In this document: piece after piece, positions 37,978-47,509 of the stretch | Layout of the letters: each line of letters begins with the position of its first letter | How positions within the stretch are numbered: the first letter of the stretch is position 1 | Assembly (NCBI GenBank): GCA_016930855.1 | Contig: JAFGFX010000055.1 | Location: 1 to 47,786, forward strand | Length of the DNA stretch: 47,786 bases | Origin: Sedimentisphaerales bacterium | Lineage (GTDB): Bacteria; Planctomycetota; Phycisphaerae; Sedimentisphaerales; SM23-30 | Reading direction: 5' to 3' | The notes under the pieces: model-generated | The model's database searches: none | What the model was told of the DNA's origin: nothing | What the model saw: only the letters and a program-made list of their open reading frames with translations | Translations under genes and position numbers: made by a program

Positions 37978-40188
37978 TTAGATCTGGCCGGTCACCACCT
38001 TGACGATGTCGTGGTAGGTGATCCAGGCGAACAGGCCCAGGATGAGCACCCAGCTGACCGTGGCGATAATGGACTGGGTCCGCAGCGACAGCGGCGAGCC
38101 CTTGATTTTCTCCACCACCAGCATGACGATCAATCCGCCGTCCAGGATGGGCAGCGGCAGGAAGTTGAACACGGCGATCGCCACGCTGATCATGGCGACG
38201 AAAAAGCAGTAGTAGGCGATCGAGCGTTCCTTGGCCACGCTGTAGCTCATCTTGAGGATGCCGACCGGCCCGCTGGCGGCCTTGATGGAGATGGTGCCCT
38301 TGATCATGCCGCGGATGAACAGATAGGTCTGGGCGATGAAGCTGTAGGTCATGTCGGCGCCCATCTCCAGGTTGTCCAGCCAGTGTTTGCCCTTGAAGGT
38401 CCGCTCCAGCGGCGCCAGCGGCAGCGCGGCGATCTGGCCGAGGTCCGGCCGATAGACAAAGCCGACCCAGTCCATCTCCTGCGGGACCGAGACGGTAAGG
38501 CTCCCGCTGGCTCCATCCGGCGCCTCATAGGCGATCGCCACGTCCTGGCCGCGTCGGGCGAGCAGGATCTCCAGCAGGTCGCGCCAGTTCGCCACGTCCT
38601 GGCCGGCCGCGGTGCGTATTAGAGCCCCCCGCGGCACCGGCAGCGGCTGATTGGAGCCCCAGCCGCCGCAATCGGCCACCACTGGATGGGCCAGGTCCTT
38701 GAGCAGGGCGACCCCGATCAGCGGCTTGACCTTCACGCGGGTCAGCTTTTGCCAGAGAGACAAGCTCGGGCGTTTGGCCGTCACCTCGAACCGCAGCGGC
38801 TCGCTGGCCTGCGGGCGCTGCACGACGATCTCTAGCGGCTTGCCTTCGTAGGCCTCGCAGTACTCCTGCATCTCGGCGTGGGTGGGATTGTTCAGGGTGC
38901 CGAACCGCAGGATGATGTCGTCCGGCAGGATGCCCGCTTTCTGGGCCGATCCGCCCTCGGTCACCTGCACGACACGCAGTCGGGGGGTCATGCCGAGTAT
39001 CCGTTCCCGTTGGCCTTCGCCCAGCGACAGCCGGGGCGCCAGTTCCATGGGGATCTCGACTTGCTGGTGTTCGACCTTGCCGTTGATGGTCCGGGCCAGG
39101 GTGCAGGAGATGGTTTCCGGGCAGACCACGCCCGCCTCCGGATAGAGGGCGTCCTCCAGCTCGTCGCCGCGGGTGATGGGCCGGTCCTGGATGGCGACAA
39201 TGGTATCGCCGGGGTCGAAGCCGACCTGCTTGAGTTCCTGGACGAACTGCTCGTTGGCGATGGTCGCGGGGATCGTCAGCGTGCTGGCCGGGCTGATCCC
39301 CAGCATCCGCACGCCCAGGCGATTCTGTTGGGGATCCTTGGGCATCTCCGGCTCGACGTGGAAGGTTTCGACGGAGCCGTCCGGATGGCGCACGGTGATC
39401 GGAATTTTTTGCCCCTCGTCGGCGAAGGCCGCCGCGATGGTGACGTTCATGAAGCTCAGATGCTCATCTTTGCCGTCGATGGCGATGATCTCGTCGCCGC
39501 CGCGGATGCCGGCCCGCTGCGCGGGCGAATCCGGCAGAACCCCTCCGACCACCGCCGGCGCCAGATCCAGTCCCCGGGCGAAAACGAACATGAAGACGAT
39601 GGCGGCGCAGACCACGTTCATGAACACGCCGGCCGAGATCACGATCACCCGCTGCCAGACGGTCTTGTTGCCGAAGGCGCGGGGATTGTCCGAGGGCTTG
39701 TCGGCGCCCATATCCTCCTGGCCGAGCATCTTCACGAAGCCGCCCAGGGGGATCAGGCACAATCGGTATTCGGTTTCCCCTTCCCGCACCGAGGCCATCG
39801 GCAGGAAAAACGACAGGGCGCCCTGGCCGTTGTTGCCGGGGATCAGACCGGGGAGCAGCCGGATGCGAAATCCCCCCTGGACCCGCCGGATGCCGATCAG
39901 GATCGGATTGATGCCGATGGAGAAGGCCTCCACCTCGATGCCAACGGCCTTGGCCGCGAAGAAGTGGCCCAGCTCATGCACGAAGATGACCATCCCGAAC
40001 CCCAGAAGCATCAGGGCGATATTTTTGGCCCGTTCGGGGTCCTGGGCCACAAACCAGCCCAGCGCCGCCAGGGCGAGCGACAGGATCAGCAGGGACTTGA
40101 GGGGATTGCCGGATCGCGCCGGCCCCGGCGATGAATCCTGTGGATCGGCGGCTGGCTGTTGGTCGGGTTTTTCCTGGTTTTCGCTCAT
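37978..40188 (-). CDS. rseP: RseP-like site-2 metalloprotease (M50) with multiple PDZ domains
   Basis: FVHELGHF, IPLGGFVKM, AGVFMN, PAQRAGIRGGDEI and AQKAGILPDDII PDZ motifs, SGPVGI, FNFLPLPILDGG; located downstream of dxr. Confidence 0.9.
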   Translation of the reverse strand: MSENQEKPDQQPAADPQDSSPGPARSGNPLKSLLILSLALAALGWFVAQDPERAKNIALMLLGFGMVIFVHELGHFFAAKAVGIEVEAFSIGINPILIGIRRVQGGFRIRLLPGLIPGNNGQGALSFFLPMASVREGETEYRLCLIPLGGFVKMLGQEDMGADKPSDNPRAFGNKTVWQRVIVISAGVFMNVVCAAIVFMFVFARGLDLAPAVVGGVLPDSPAQRAGIRGGDEIIAIDGKDEHLSFMNVTIAAAFADEGQKIPITVRHPDGSVETFHVEPEMPKDPQQNRLGVRMLGISPASTLTIPATIANEQFVQELKQVGFDPGDTIVAIQDRPITRGDELEDALYPEAGVVCPETISCTLARTINGKVEHQQVEIPMELAPRLSLGEGQRERILGMTPRLRVVQVTEGGSAQKAGILPDDIILRFGTLNNPTHAEMQEYCEAYEGKPLEIVVQRPQASEPLRFEVTAKRPSLSLWQKLTRVKVKPLIGVALLKDLAHPVVADCGGWGSNQPLPVPRGALIRTAAGQDVANWRDLLEILLARRGQDVAIAYEAPDGASGSLTVSVPQEMDWVGFVYRPDLGQIAALPLAPLERTFKGKHWLDNLEMGADMTYSFIAQTYLFIRGMIKGTISIKAASGPVGILKMSYSVAKERSIAYYCFFVAMISVAIAVFNFLPLPILDGGLIVMLVVEKIKGSPLSLRTQSIIATVSWVLILGLFAWITYHDIVKVVTGQI

Positions 40189-40403
40189 GGAGTTTTCCTG
40201 GTCTACGGTTCAAGGCCCGTTTGGGCCGTTTTCAGCTTATTGGGCACCTACGGTCATCCGGTCCGTTTCCCCGCATCCGGCCCTCGTGACGTCGGCCCTA
40301 CTAACATCGGATCGATAGCGGCCGGCCATTATTATACACTCGAACAAACTGCCAATCCCGGCCGAATCCTGCGGGCTTGACGTCTCGGGGTGGCTGGCCA
40401 TTC

Positions 40404-41597
40404 TTAGGGCGGTCCGGCGGGCGTGGCCCGGGCCGCGGCCGGCACGAGCCGGCGGATCCGCTGGCGGGCCCAGCGGTCGGCCTCAAGCAGATCGTCAAGG
40501 CTGGGTTCCTGCTTCCAGGGGTGATCGTGCAGACATTGTTCCGTCAGTTCGGTGATCTGCAAAAAGGCGATCTGGCGGCGGCGAAAGGCCGCGACCGCCT
40601 CCTCATTGGCCGCGTTGAGGACGGCGCCGGCGGTTCCCGCTCGACGGGCGACGTCAAATCCCAGGCGCAGGGCCCCAAACCGATCCGGATCGGGCGGCTC
40701 GAAGGTCAGTTGCCGCAGCTCGGTCAGATTCAGCTTGCGGGCCGGACAATCCCGCCGGCCTGGATAGGTCAGGGCGTATTGGATCGGCAGGCGCATATCC
40801 GGCGGCGAGAGCTGGGCGATGATCGATCCGTCGCAAAACTCCACCATGGAATGGATGATCGACTCCGGGTGGATCAGCACGGCGATCTTCTCGACCGGCA
40901 GGTCGAACAGCCAGCGGGCCTCGACGATTTCCAGGGCCTTATTCATGAGCGTGGCCGAATCGATGGTGATTTTCGGGCCCATCTCCCAGGTCGGATGGTT
41001 CAGGGCGTCTTCCAGGCTCGCCTGGGCCAACTGTTGCGGGGACGCCCCCCGGAATGGGCCGCCCGAGCAGGTGATGATCACCCGTTCGACCTCGTCCGGG
41101 CTGCCGGCGCGCATGGCCTGGAGGATGGCGGAATGCTCGCTGTCGATCGGCAGGATGGTGGCCCCATACTGCCGGGCTAGGGGCATCAGCAGGCAGCCGG
41201 CCACCACCAGCGATTCCTTGTTGGCGATGGCGATGGTCTTTCCGGCCCGGGTGGCCGCCAGTACGGCCGGCAGGCCCGCCGAGCCGACCACGGCGACAAT
41301 CACGACGTCCACCCGCTTGTCGGCCGCCAGATCGATCAGGTGCTCGGGGCCGGCCAGGACCTCGGTGGGCGTGCCGGCCAGGTCCTCGGCCAGGGCCCCG
41401 GCCGCGGCCGGATCGGTCAGGACGACCTTTTCGAGCCCGTATTTGCGGGCCTGCTGGGCGAGAGCCTGCCACTGGGTATGGGCGGAGGCCGCCACCAGCT
41501 CGTAGCGGTCCTGGAGGCCGTCCAGCACCGACAGGCAACTGGACCCGATCGAGCCGGTCGAGCCCAGGATCACGATCCGTTTTCGATTACTGCTCAT
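40404..41597 (-). CDS. dxr: 1-deoxy-D-xylulose-5-phosphate reductoisomerase
   Basis: ILGSTGSIG, ANKESLV, PIDSEHSAI, HPTWEMGPKITIDSATLMNK, PDMRLPI, NAANEEAV; start MSSNR at 41597. Confidence 0.96.
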   Translation of the reverse strand: MSSNRKRIVILGSTGSIGSSCLSVLDGLQDRYELVAASAHTQWQALAQQARKYGLEKVVLTDPAAAGALAEDLAGTPTEVLAGPEHLIDLAADKRVDVVIVAVVGSAGLPAVLAATRAGKTIAIANKESLVVAGCLLMPLARQYGATILPIDSEHSAILQAMRAGSPDEVERVIITCSGGPFRGASPQQLAQASLEDALNHPTWEMGPKITIDSATLMNKALEIVEARWLFDLPVEKIAVLIHPESIIHSMVEFCDGSIIAQLSPPDMRLPIQYALTYPGRRDCPARKLNLTELRQLTFEPPDPDRFGALRLGFDVARRAGTAGAVLNAANEEAVAAFRRRQIAFLQITELTEQCLHDHPWKQEPSLDDLLEADRWARQRIRRLVPAAARATPAGPP

Positions 41598-41674
41598 TGG
41601 ATAACAGTTTAGGTTTCCTGCCCCGCCGTGACAAGAAAATATCCGCCTCCCGTGGCCCGGCCGGCCTCTATATC

Positions 41675-41702
41675 TTGATTCGGAGGAAATTTCCCCTATG
41701 AT
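41675..41702 (+). promoter_or_regulatory. Putative sigma70 promoter for the rhomboid gene
   Basis: TTGATT-N16-TATGAT. Confidence 0.35.
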
Positions 41703-41810
41703 AACATGGAGGTTTGAGCCAAGGGGATTCGCCCGGTCCGTAAGGATATTGGGCCGGCCCGATAAAATGGATGTGCCGGGCGGCCAGCCGCCGCCGGCAG
41801 GGGAGTTGTC

Positions 41811-42668
41811 GTGGGATTTCAAGATAGACCCTACTATCGTGAACCGGACGCCTACGGACCGGCGCCGGCGGGAATCCGGCTGGCTAGGCCGCCGCTGACG
41901 CCGATGGTCAAGTATCTGCTCATCGCGAACATCGTCGTCTTTGTGCTGCAGATCCTTTTTCGCAATCCCGAGAAATATTTTCCCTTTCCCGGGGCCCTGG
42001 AGTACTACTTCTCGGCCACCACCTTGTGGAACCATTCGGCCTGGCAGATCTGGCGATTGCTCACCTTTCAGTTTCTCCACGACAGCTCCAGTCCCTTTCA
42101 TCTGCTGTTCAACATGATCGGCCTGTATTTTTTGGGCACGGTGCTGGAACGCAGTTGGGGGTCGCGGCGATTTTTGCTGTTTTACCTGGTCTGCGGGGCG
42201 GTGGGGGGACTGCTGTATGTCCTGGCCAGCGTGACCAAGCTCCTGTCGCCCGGATTGCTGGTCGGCGCATCCGGCGGGGTGCTGGGACTGCTGGTGGCCT
42301 GTGCGATCCTGTTTCCCCAAATGATGGTCATTTTGATCCTCTTTCCCATGTCCATCCGCACGGCGGCCCTGCTGTTGACCGCCGTGTATGTCCTGATGGT
42401 GTTGACCGGCGGCCGCAACGCCGGCGGCGACCTGTGCCACCTGGGAGGGATGGCGACGGCGCTGGTCTGGATTATCGGCCGACCCTACCTGGCCGCCCGG
42501 CTGGGCCGGCGACGCCAGAGGGCCTATAGCGACCGGCTCGAGGAAAAGCGGGCCATACAGTTTGAGGTGGACCGTATCCTGTCCAAGGTCCATGACGAAG
42601 GCATTCACAGCCTGACCCGCAAGGAAAAACAGATCCTCCAGAAGGCCACCGAATGCCAGAAGCGCTAG
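41811..42668 (+). CDS. Rhomboid family intramembrane serine protease with C-terminal soluble helix domain
   Basis: WRLLTFQFLH, HLLFNM, GASGG catalytic Ser, CHLGG catalytic His; C-terminal VDRILSKVHDEGIHSLT. Confidence 0.9.
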   Translation: MGFQDRPYYREPDAYGPAPAGIRLARPPLTPMVKYLLIANIVVFVLQILFRNPEKYFPFPGALEYYFSATTLWNHSAWQIWRLLTFQFLHDSSSPFHLLFNMIGLYFLGTVLERSWGSRRFLLFYLVCGAVGGLLYVLASVTKLLSPGLLVGASGGVLGLLVACAILFPQMMVILILFPMSIRTAALLLTAVYVLMVLTGGRNAGGDLCHLGGMATALVWIIGRPYLAARLGRRRQRAYSDRLEEKRAIQFEVDRILSKVHDEGIHSLTRKEKQILQKATECQKR

Positions 42669-42828
42669 GCACCTGCGGCCGTAATCATCTCCGATCCCAA
42701 CGGAGTGGTTTTAACGGGACGGGATTTGTTCCGCGTTCGATGGTATGGTTTCGAGCGGTTCTGTACCCGTCGTCGTCGGGATGTCGCCGGGTCGTCTAAC
42801 TCGTGGTCGGGTAAAATCCGACAGCGAC

Positions 42829-42857
42829 TTGACCGGTTATTGCCCGTGCGGTATCCT
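42829..42857 (+). promoter_or_regulatory. Putative sigma70 promoter for thrC-dapB
   Basis: TTGACC-N17-TATCCT, about 85 bp before the GTG start with RBS GGAGGAG. Confidence 0.5.
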
Positions 42858-42943
42858 GGCGCCTCCGATAGCGTACGCCGCGTCCCGGCCGGCTTTCGAC
42901 GGGACTATCGCCGAAAAGAATCCCCCGGTTCGGAGGAGAACAT

Positions 42944-44287
42944 GTGACCCAGATCAGCTATCAGCAGTGCCTCAATCCGGCCTGCGCGGCCGAGTATGAC
43001 GTGCAGGAGGCCCTCTTTGCCTGTCCGGCCTGCGGGGATCTGCTGGACGTGCGCTACCGTTGGGAGCGCATGGCCGTCCCGGCCGATTGGTCCATCTTCG
43101 AAGACCGCTGGGCGAACCGGTCGGACCCGCGGGATTTCTCCGGCGTCTGGCGGTTTCGGGAGCTGCTGGCCTTCTGTCCGCCCGAGCAACTGGTGACCGT
43201 CGGCGAGGGCCAGACCGTCTGCCAGGCCAACGACGGCATCGCCGCCTACGTGCGGAGCCGGCCGGGCCGGGTGTTCCTGCAGTACGAGGGATTGAATCCC
43301 AGCGGCTCGTTCAAGGACAACGGCATGGCGGCGGCCTTCAGCCATGCCCGCATGATCGGCGTAAGGCACGTGGCCTGCGCCTCCACCGGCAACACCTCCG
43401 CCTCGGTCGCCCTGTACGCCCACGCCTGCGGCATGCAATGCAGCGTCTTTATCGGCTCGGGCCGCATCGCCTACGGCAAGCTGAGCCAGGCCCTGGATTA
43501 CGGGGCCCAGACCATCCAGATCCAGGGTGATTTCGACGACTGCATGCGCCGCGTGCAGGAGGTCTGCCGGGACAAAAACCTTTACCTGGTCAATTCGCTG
43601 AATCCCTTCCGCCTGGAGGGCCAAAAGACCATCATGTACCGCGTGCTGGAATCGCTGGGCTGGCGCGTTCCCGACTGGATCGTCGTACCCGGCGGCAACC
43701 TGGGCAACAGCAGCGCCTTCGGCAAGGCCTTCGCCGAACTCAAGGAACTCGGCCTGATCGGAAAAATCCCTCGGCTGGCGGTGATCAACGCCGCCGGGGC
43801 CGATACCCTGTACGACCTCTACGAAAACCAGAACCTGCGGTTCAACGGCGGGCGGGTCGAGGCCGAACGCATCGACGCCTATTACGCCCGTTTGAACGAA
43901 AGCGGCTATCGGCCGCATACGCTGGCCACCGCCATCGAGATCTCCCGGCCGGTGAATCTGAAGAAGTGCCTGCGGGCCCTGGAGATCTGCCGGGGCCTGG
44001 TGCGCAGGGTCACCGACGAGGAGATCCTGGACGCCAAGGCGGCGGTGGGCCGCTTCGGCCTGGGCTGCGAGCCCGCCTCGGGCGCCTCGGTGGCCGGACT
44101 CAAGCGGCTCCGCGCCGAGGGCGTCATCGGCGCCGACGAGACGGTCGTCTGCATCCTGACCGGCCATCAGTTGAAGGACCCCACGGTGACGGTCGATTAT
44201 CACAGCCGCCACCAGGGCGAATTTTCCAATCGGCCCCGCGAGGTGCCCGACGAGATCGACCAGATCATCCGGGCATTAGAGTTGTAA
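42944..44287 (+). CDS. thrC: Threonine synthase
   Basis: [13 protein letters not shown] lysine, [33 protein letters not shown]; N-terminal Cys-rich Zn-ribbon. Confidence 0.92.
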   Translation: MTQISYQQCLNPACAAEYDVQEALFACPACGDLLDVRYRWERMAVPADWSIFEDRWANRSDPRDFSGVWRFRELLAFCPPEQLVTVGEGQTVCQANDGIAAYVRSRPGRVFLQYEGLNPSGSFKDNGMAAAFSHARMIGVRHVACASTGNTSASVALYAHACGMQCSVFIGSGRIAYGKLSQALDYGAQTIQIQGDFDDCMRRVQEVCRDKNLYLVNSLNPFRLEGQKTIMYRVLESLGWRVPDWIVVPGGNLGNSSAFGKAFAELKELGLIGKIPRLAVINAAGADTLYDLYENQNLRFNGGRVEAERIDAYYARLNESGYRPHTLATAIEISRPVNLKKCLRALEICRGLVRRVTDEEILDAKAAVGRFGLGCEPASGASVAGLKRLRAEGVIGADETVVCILTGHQLKDPTVTVDYHSRHQGEFSNRPREVPDEIDQIIRALEL

Positions 44288-44324
44288 CGTCAACCGAGTT
44301 TTTTTCTCAGACGGGATCAGAGTC

Positions 44325-45122
44325 ATGATACGATTAGCGGTCAGCGGAGCGTGTGGTCGGATGGGTCTTCGGACCGCGGCCCTGGCACACGAGAGCGGGC
44401 AGTTTACCCTCGCGGCGGCCCTGGAACGGAGAGGCCATGAACGAATCGGCCAGGATATCGGCAGCCTCGCCGGGATCGGATCCTTGGGCGTTCCGGTGGC
44501 GGACCGCCTGGAGGCCCCCTCTGTCTGCGACGTCATCGTGGACTTTTCCCTGCCCGCCGGGACCGAGACCTGGATCGCCTATTGCCGTGAACACCGAATC
44601 CCGCTGGTGGTCGGCACCACCGGCCTGTCGGATGACCAGCGGCAGAAACTAAAGGATGCCGCCGGCGACACGCCCATCCTGCTGGCGGCGAACATGAGCC
44701 TGGGCGTCAATCTTCTTTTTGCCCTGGTCGGCGAGGTGGCCAGGAAGCTGGGCGATTCGTACGATCCGGAGATCATCGAGACCCATCATCGATTCAAGCG
44801 GGACGCCCCCAGCGGCACCGCCCTGGAACTGGCCCGGCGGCTGGCCGAGGCGCAGGGCTGGCCCTTCCCCGCCTGCCTGGTCCACGGCCGCCGGGGCCCG
44901 GACGCCGTCCGCGACAAAAATTCCATCGGCATGCACGCCGTCCGGGCGGGCGACACCGTCGGCGAGCATCGGGTGATCTTTTCCGCCCTGGGCGAGACGA
45001 TCGAGCTGCGCCATAGCGCCCATACCCGCGACACCTTTGCCCGCGGCGCGCTGAGGGCCGCGGCCTGGCTGGTCGGGCAAAAACCCGGCCTCTACGGCAT
45101 GGCCGACGTCCTGGGCCTCTGA
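44325..45122 (+). CDS. dapB: 4-hydroxy-tetrahydrodipicolinate reductase
   Basis: GACGRMG, VDFS, GTTG, ANMSLGVN, ETHHRFKRDAPSGTA, FARGAL. Confidence 0.95.
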   Translation: MIRLAVSGACGRMGLRTAALAHESGQFTLAAALERRGHERIGQDIGSLAGIGSLGVPVADRLEAPSVCDVIVDFSLPAGTETWIAYCREHRIPLVVGTTGLSDDQRQKLKDAAGDTPILLAANMSLGVNLLFALVGEVARKLGDSYDPEIIETHHRFKRDAPSGTALELARRLAEAQGWPFPACLVHGRRGPDAVRDKNSIGMHAVRAGDTVGEHRVIFSALGETIELRHSAHTRDTFARGALRAAAWLVGQKPGLYGMADVLGL

Positions 45123-45184
45123 CACTCCCTGCGTAATAATAATCGCCTGGGCATGGTCCCTGCGACCGGTGGGTTGCGCCCCAC

Positions 45185-46054
45185 TTACGGCCAGAGTGTC
45201 CTCAGGATGATGTCGTAGGCGGCATGGGTTCCGGCGGTGATCCCGAACCCGCGCCAACTGAACACCAGGGCGAAATAGATCCCGGCGATGGTGCGAAAGG
45301 TGAAGCCCACCAGCGTAAACGGCTCCGGCAGCAGGAGGATCTGCCCGGCATCGATCCCCACGTAATGGTGGGCGGCGAACAGCGCCGAGGAGAGCAAGAC
45401 CGCCACGATGACGGCGATCGCCGGCTTGATCTTGAAGACGTCCTCCAGGAGCATGACCAGCAGGCCGATCAGGATCAGGCGAAAGATCAATTCCTCGTAG
45501 ATCCCGGCGCCGATACTGGTGACCAGGTGCGCCAGGTAGGAACCCGACAGGGCCTGGTCGGCCGCACCGGCCGAACCGGTTGCACCGGCCGCGCCGGTTG
45601 CGGCGGCCGTGGTGGCGACCCGGCTGGAACCGCCCAGGGCGGCGTTGAACATCAGCAGCGGCACGCACAACACGGTCGATTCGACCAGCATCCAGCCCAG
45701 CCGGGTCACCTTCACATTCCACTCATGCCGGCTGGCCAGATGCCAACACAGCAGCAGGATCACCACCACCAGCCCGGGAAAGGCCCAGACCAGGTAGTCC
45801 CGCATGCCGGTCCAGCGGGCCAGCCGGATCAGCCAGATGAAGGTCACCACCCGCTTTTGCACCAGCGTCTGTTCGACCTGGGCGGTATTGACCAGCAGGG
45901 TGCCGACTTCGTAGATGACCACCGCCGGCAGCAGGAACAGCAGGGCGTACAACGGCCGGCTGGTCGTCTCCAGGTAGGAGCCCGGCGCCGTGTTCAGGTA
46001 GCGGCCGGGCAGCGTGGCGATGGTGTTTTTTGCCGGTGGCTTGCTTCGTGTCAT
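45185..46054 (-). CDS. CPBP (Abi/CAAX) family intramembrane glutamic endopeptidase
   Basis: GAGIYEELIFR, SSALFAAHH, GTHAAYD motifs; multiple TM helices. Confidence 0.85.
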   Translation of the reverse strand: MTRSKPPAKNTIATLPGRYLNTAPGSYLETTSRPLYALLFLLPAVVIYEVGTLLVNTAQVEQTLVQKRVVTFIWLIRLARWTGMRDYLVWAFPGLVVVILLLCWHLASRHEWNVKVTRLGWMLVESTVLCVPLLMFNAALGGSSRVATTAAATGAAGATGSAGAADQALSGSYLAHLVTSIGAGIYEELIFRLILIGLLVMLLEDVFKIKPAIAVIVAVLLSSALFAAHHYVGIDAGQILLLPEPFTLVGFTFRTIAGIYFALVFSWRGFGITAGTHAAYDIILRTLWP

Positions 46055-46197
46055 CGTCCGGATTCACTTTCAACGTCGCCGTCAGTCGTCAAACGGCGCT
46101 TGCGTCGATCACGGCGTAAAGCTACCATGGCCCGGCGGCCCTGACAAGCGCTTTGCCGGAATGCTCGGCCGAACGGGCAAATAGAGGATGCGCGCCC

Positions 46198-46860
46198 ATG
46201 CAGGATCGATTACAGCAGTTCTATCGCGCCCTGCTGCGCCATTACGGCCCGCAGCACTGGTGGCCCGGCGAGAGCCCCTTCGAGGTCATGGTCGGGGCGG
46301 TCCTGACCCAGAACACCAATTGGACCAACGTGGAGAAGGCCATCGCCCGGCTGAAGGCCGCCGGCGTGTTGGACCTGCAGCGGCTTCGTCGGCTGGAGCC
46401 TGCCGTCCTGGCCGAGTACATCCGCCCGGCCGGATATTACAACCTCAAGGCCCGCCGCCTGAGGCATCTGGTCGACTGGTTCTGCGAGCGCTACGACGGT
46501 TCGCTGGCGGCGCTGCGCCGGCTCTCGGTCGGCCGCCTGCGGGCCGAATTGCTGGCCATCCACGGCATCGGCCCGGAGACCGCCGACTCGATCATCCTCT
46601 ACGCCCTGGCCAAACCCACCTTCGTGGTGGACACTTACACCCATCGCATCCTCGTGCGGCATCACTGCCTCGACGCCGACTGCGATTACGAGCAGATCAA
46701 GAGTTACTGCGAAGGCCGTCTGGAAGAGGACGTGCCGCTCTACAACGAATTCCACGCCCTGCTGGTGCAGGTGGGCAAAAACCATTGCCGCCCCCGGCCG
46801 CGGTGTGCCGGCTGCCCTCTGGAGAGCTTCGACCATACGGTCGAGGATCCCAACGACTAA
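46198..46860 (+). CDS. Endonuclease III-related HhH-GPD DNA glycosylase
   Basis: WWPG, GAVLTQNTNW, LLAIHGIGPETADSI, FVVDTYT, HCRPRPRCAGCPL; start MQDRL at 46198. Confidence 0.88.
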   Translation: MQDRLQQFYRALLRHYGPQHWWPGESPFEVMVGAVLTQNTNWTNVEKAIARLKAAGVLDLQRLRRLEPAVLAEYIRPAGYYNLKARRLRHLVDWFCERYDGSLAALRRLSVGRLRAELLAIHGIGPETADSIILYALAKPTFVVDTYTHRILVRHHCLDADCDYEQIKSYCEGRLEEDVPLYNEFHALLVQVGKNHCRPRPRCAGCPLESFDHTVEDPND

Positions 46861-46940
46861 ATGGGTAGATCAGAGAGTGGCCCGCGGTGGATCCATCCCT
46901 CCTCAAGGTTTCCGTAATGAAAAGACGTGACCCCGCCGGA

Positions 46941-47046
46941 GTTTCTTGCCCCTCGGCGAAATCCGGCCTGTTTTCCTGCTCTTCGGCGCCGCCTACGAGG
47001 CGTTTCCTGCCCTTCGGCGGCGTCCTACCTGATGTTTCATCTGCCC
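46941..47046. repeat. Array of 3-4 degenerate ~18-bp units with 30-32 bp period
   Basis: GTTTCTTGCCCCTCGGCG, TTTTCCTGCTCTTCGGCG, GTTTCCTGCCCTTCGGCG, and a partial GTTTCATCTGCCC, separated by unique 12-14 nt linkers. Confidence 0.65.
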
Positions 47047-47267
47047 AGTGCCGGCCGGCCGGTGGCACCGGCAGCCCTGCCCCAGCGCAGAGAATCCCCC
47101 CTTCACTATCCTTCGCAGGGAATGCGGAATTTCCCCCTCCCGCTCCTAATAACTTCTAACACAATGAGCGCCCGGGACATTCAACCGCCCGGATTGGGCC
47201 ATTTGCCTTCATTATGCTAGACGCCCAAAAGGCCGGAACCAGGAACACGGGCGCAGTCGCACCGGTA

Positions 47268-47378
47268 TCACCCCATCTGTTTGCGGCGGTACATCACGTA
47301 GAAGACGATCAGCGCCACCAGGACAATAATCAGGATATAGTGATACCAACTCCAACCCAATAATGCCAGCGTGTCCAT
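47268..47378 (-). CDS. 36-aa single-pass membrane peptide (absent from the ORF track)
   Basis: MDTLALLGWSWYHYILIIVLVALIVFYVMYRRKQMG*; RBS AAGGAG 8 nt upstream; one TM helix with a basic C-tail; own promoter. Confidence 0.7.
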   Translation of the reverse strand: MDTLALLGWSWYHYILIIVLVALIVFYVMYRRKQMG

Positions 47379-47474
47379 GCATCCATCTCCTTGATTGGAA
47401 TAGTCTTGCGACGCTTGGTAGAACCGTGCCGCCTTCGCCTTCCTGCGGGTGCCTTACCGGGGCGCTCCATCGCC

Positions 47475-47509
47475 GCCGAAGCTTATATTACCTTCGGCTG
47501 GCCTGTCAA
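47475..47509 (-). promoter_or_regulatory. Sigma70 promoter of the small peptide with operator-like inverted repeat around the -10
   Basis: Minus strand T-tract + TTGACA-N16-TATAAG; GCCGAAG-N10-CTTCGGC (47475-47498) encloses the -10. Confidence 0.55.

Noticed and set aside
42705-42781. Long hairpin after the rhomboid gene as an ncRNA
   Set aside because: Imperfect single-copy stem just after a stop codon and upstream of the thrC promoter; best explained as a terminator/stabiliser.
45564-45609. 18-bp tandem repeat (about 2.5 copies) in the CPBP gene
   Set aside because: In-frame low-complexity Ala/Gly/Thr linker; not a phase-variation tract.
46935-47030. Glycine riboswitch (CGCCGAAG..GCA..GAAAC resemblance)
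   Set aside because: Lacks the GGAGA and CUCUCAGG elements and the P1-P3 architecture; no downstream gene on that strand.
46941-47046. CRISPR mini-array (units start GTTTC / end GAAAC)
   Set aside because: Repeats are only ~18 bp and degenerate, linkers are 12-14 bp, there are 3-4 units and no cas genes are present.
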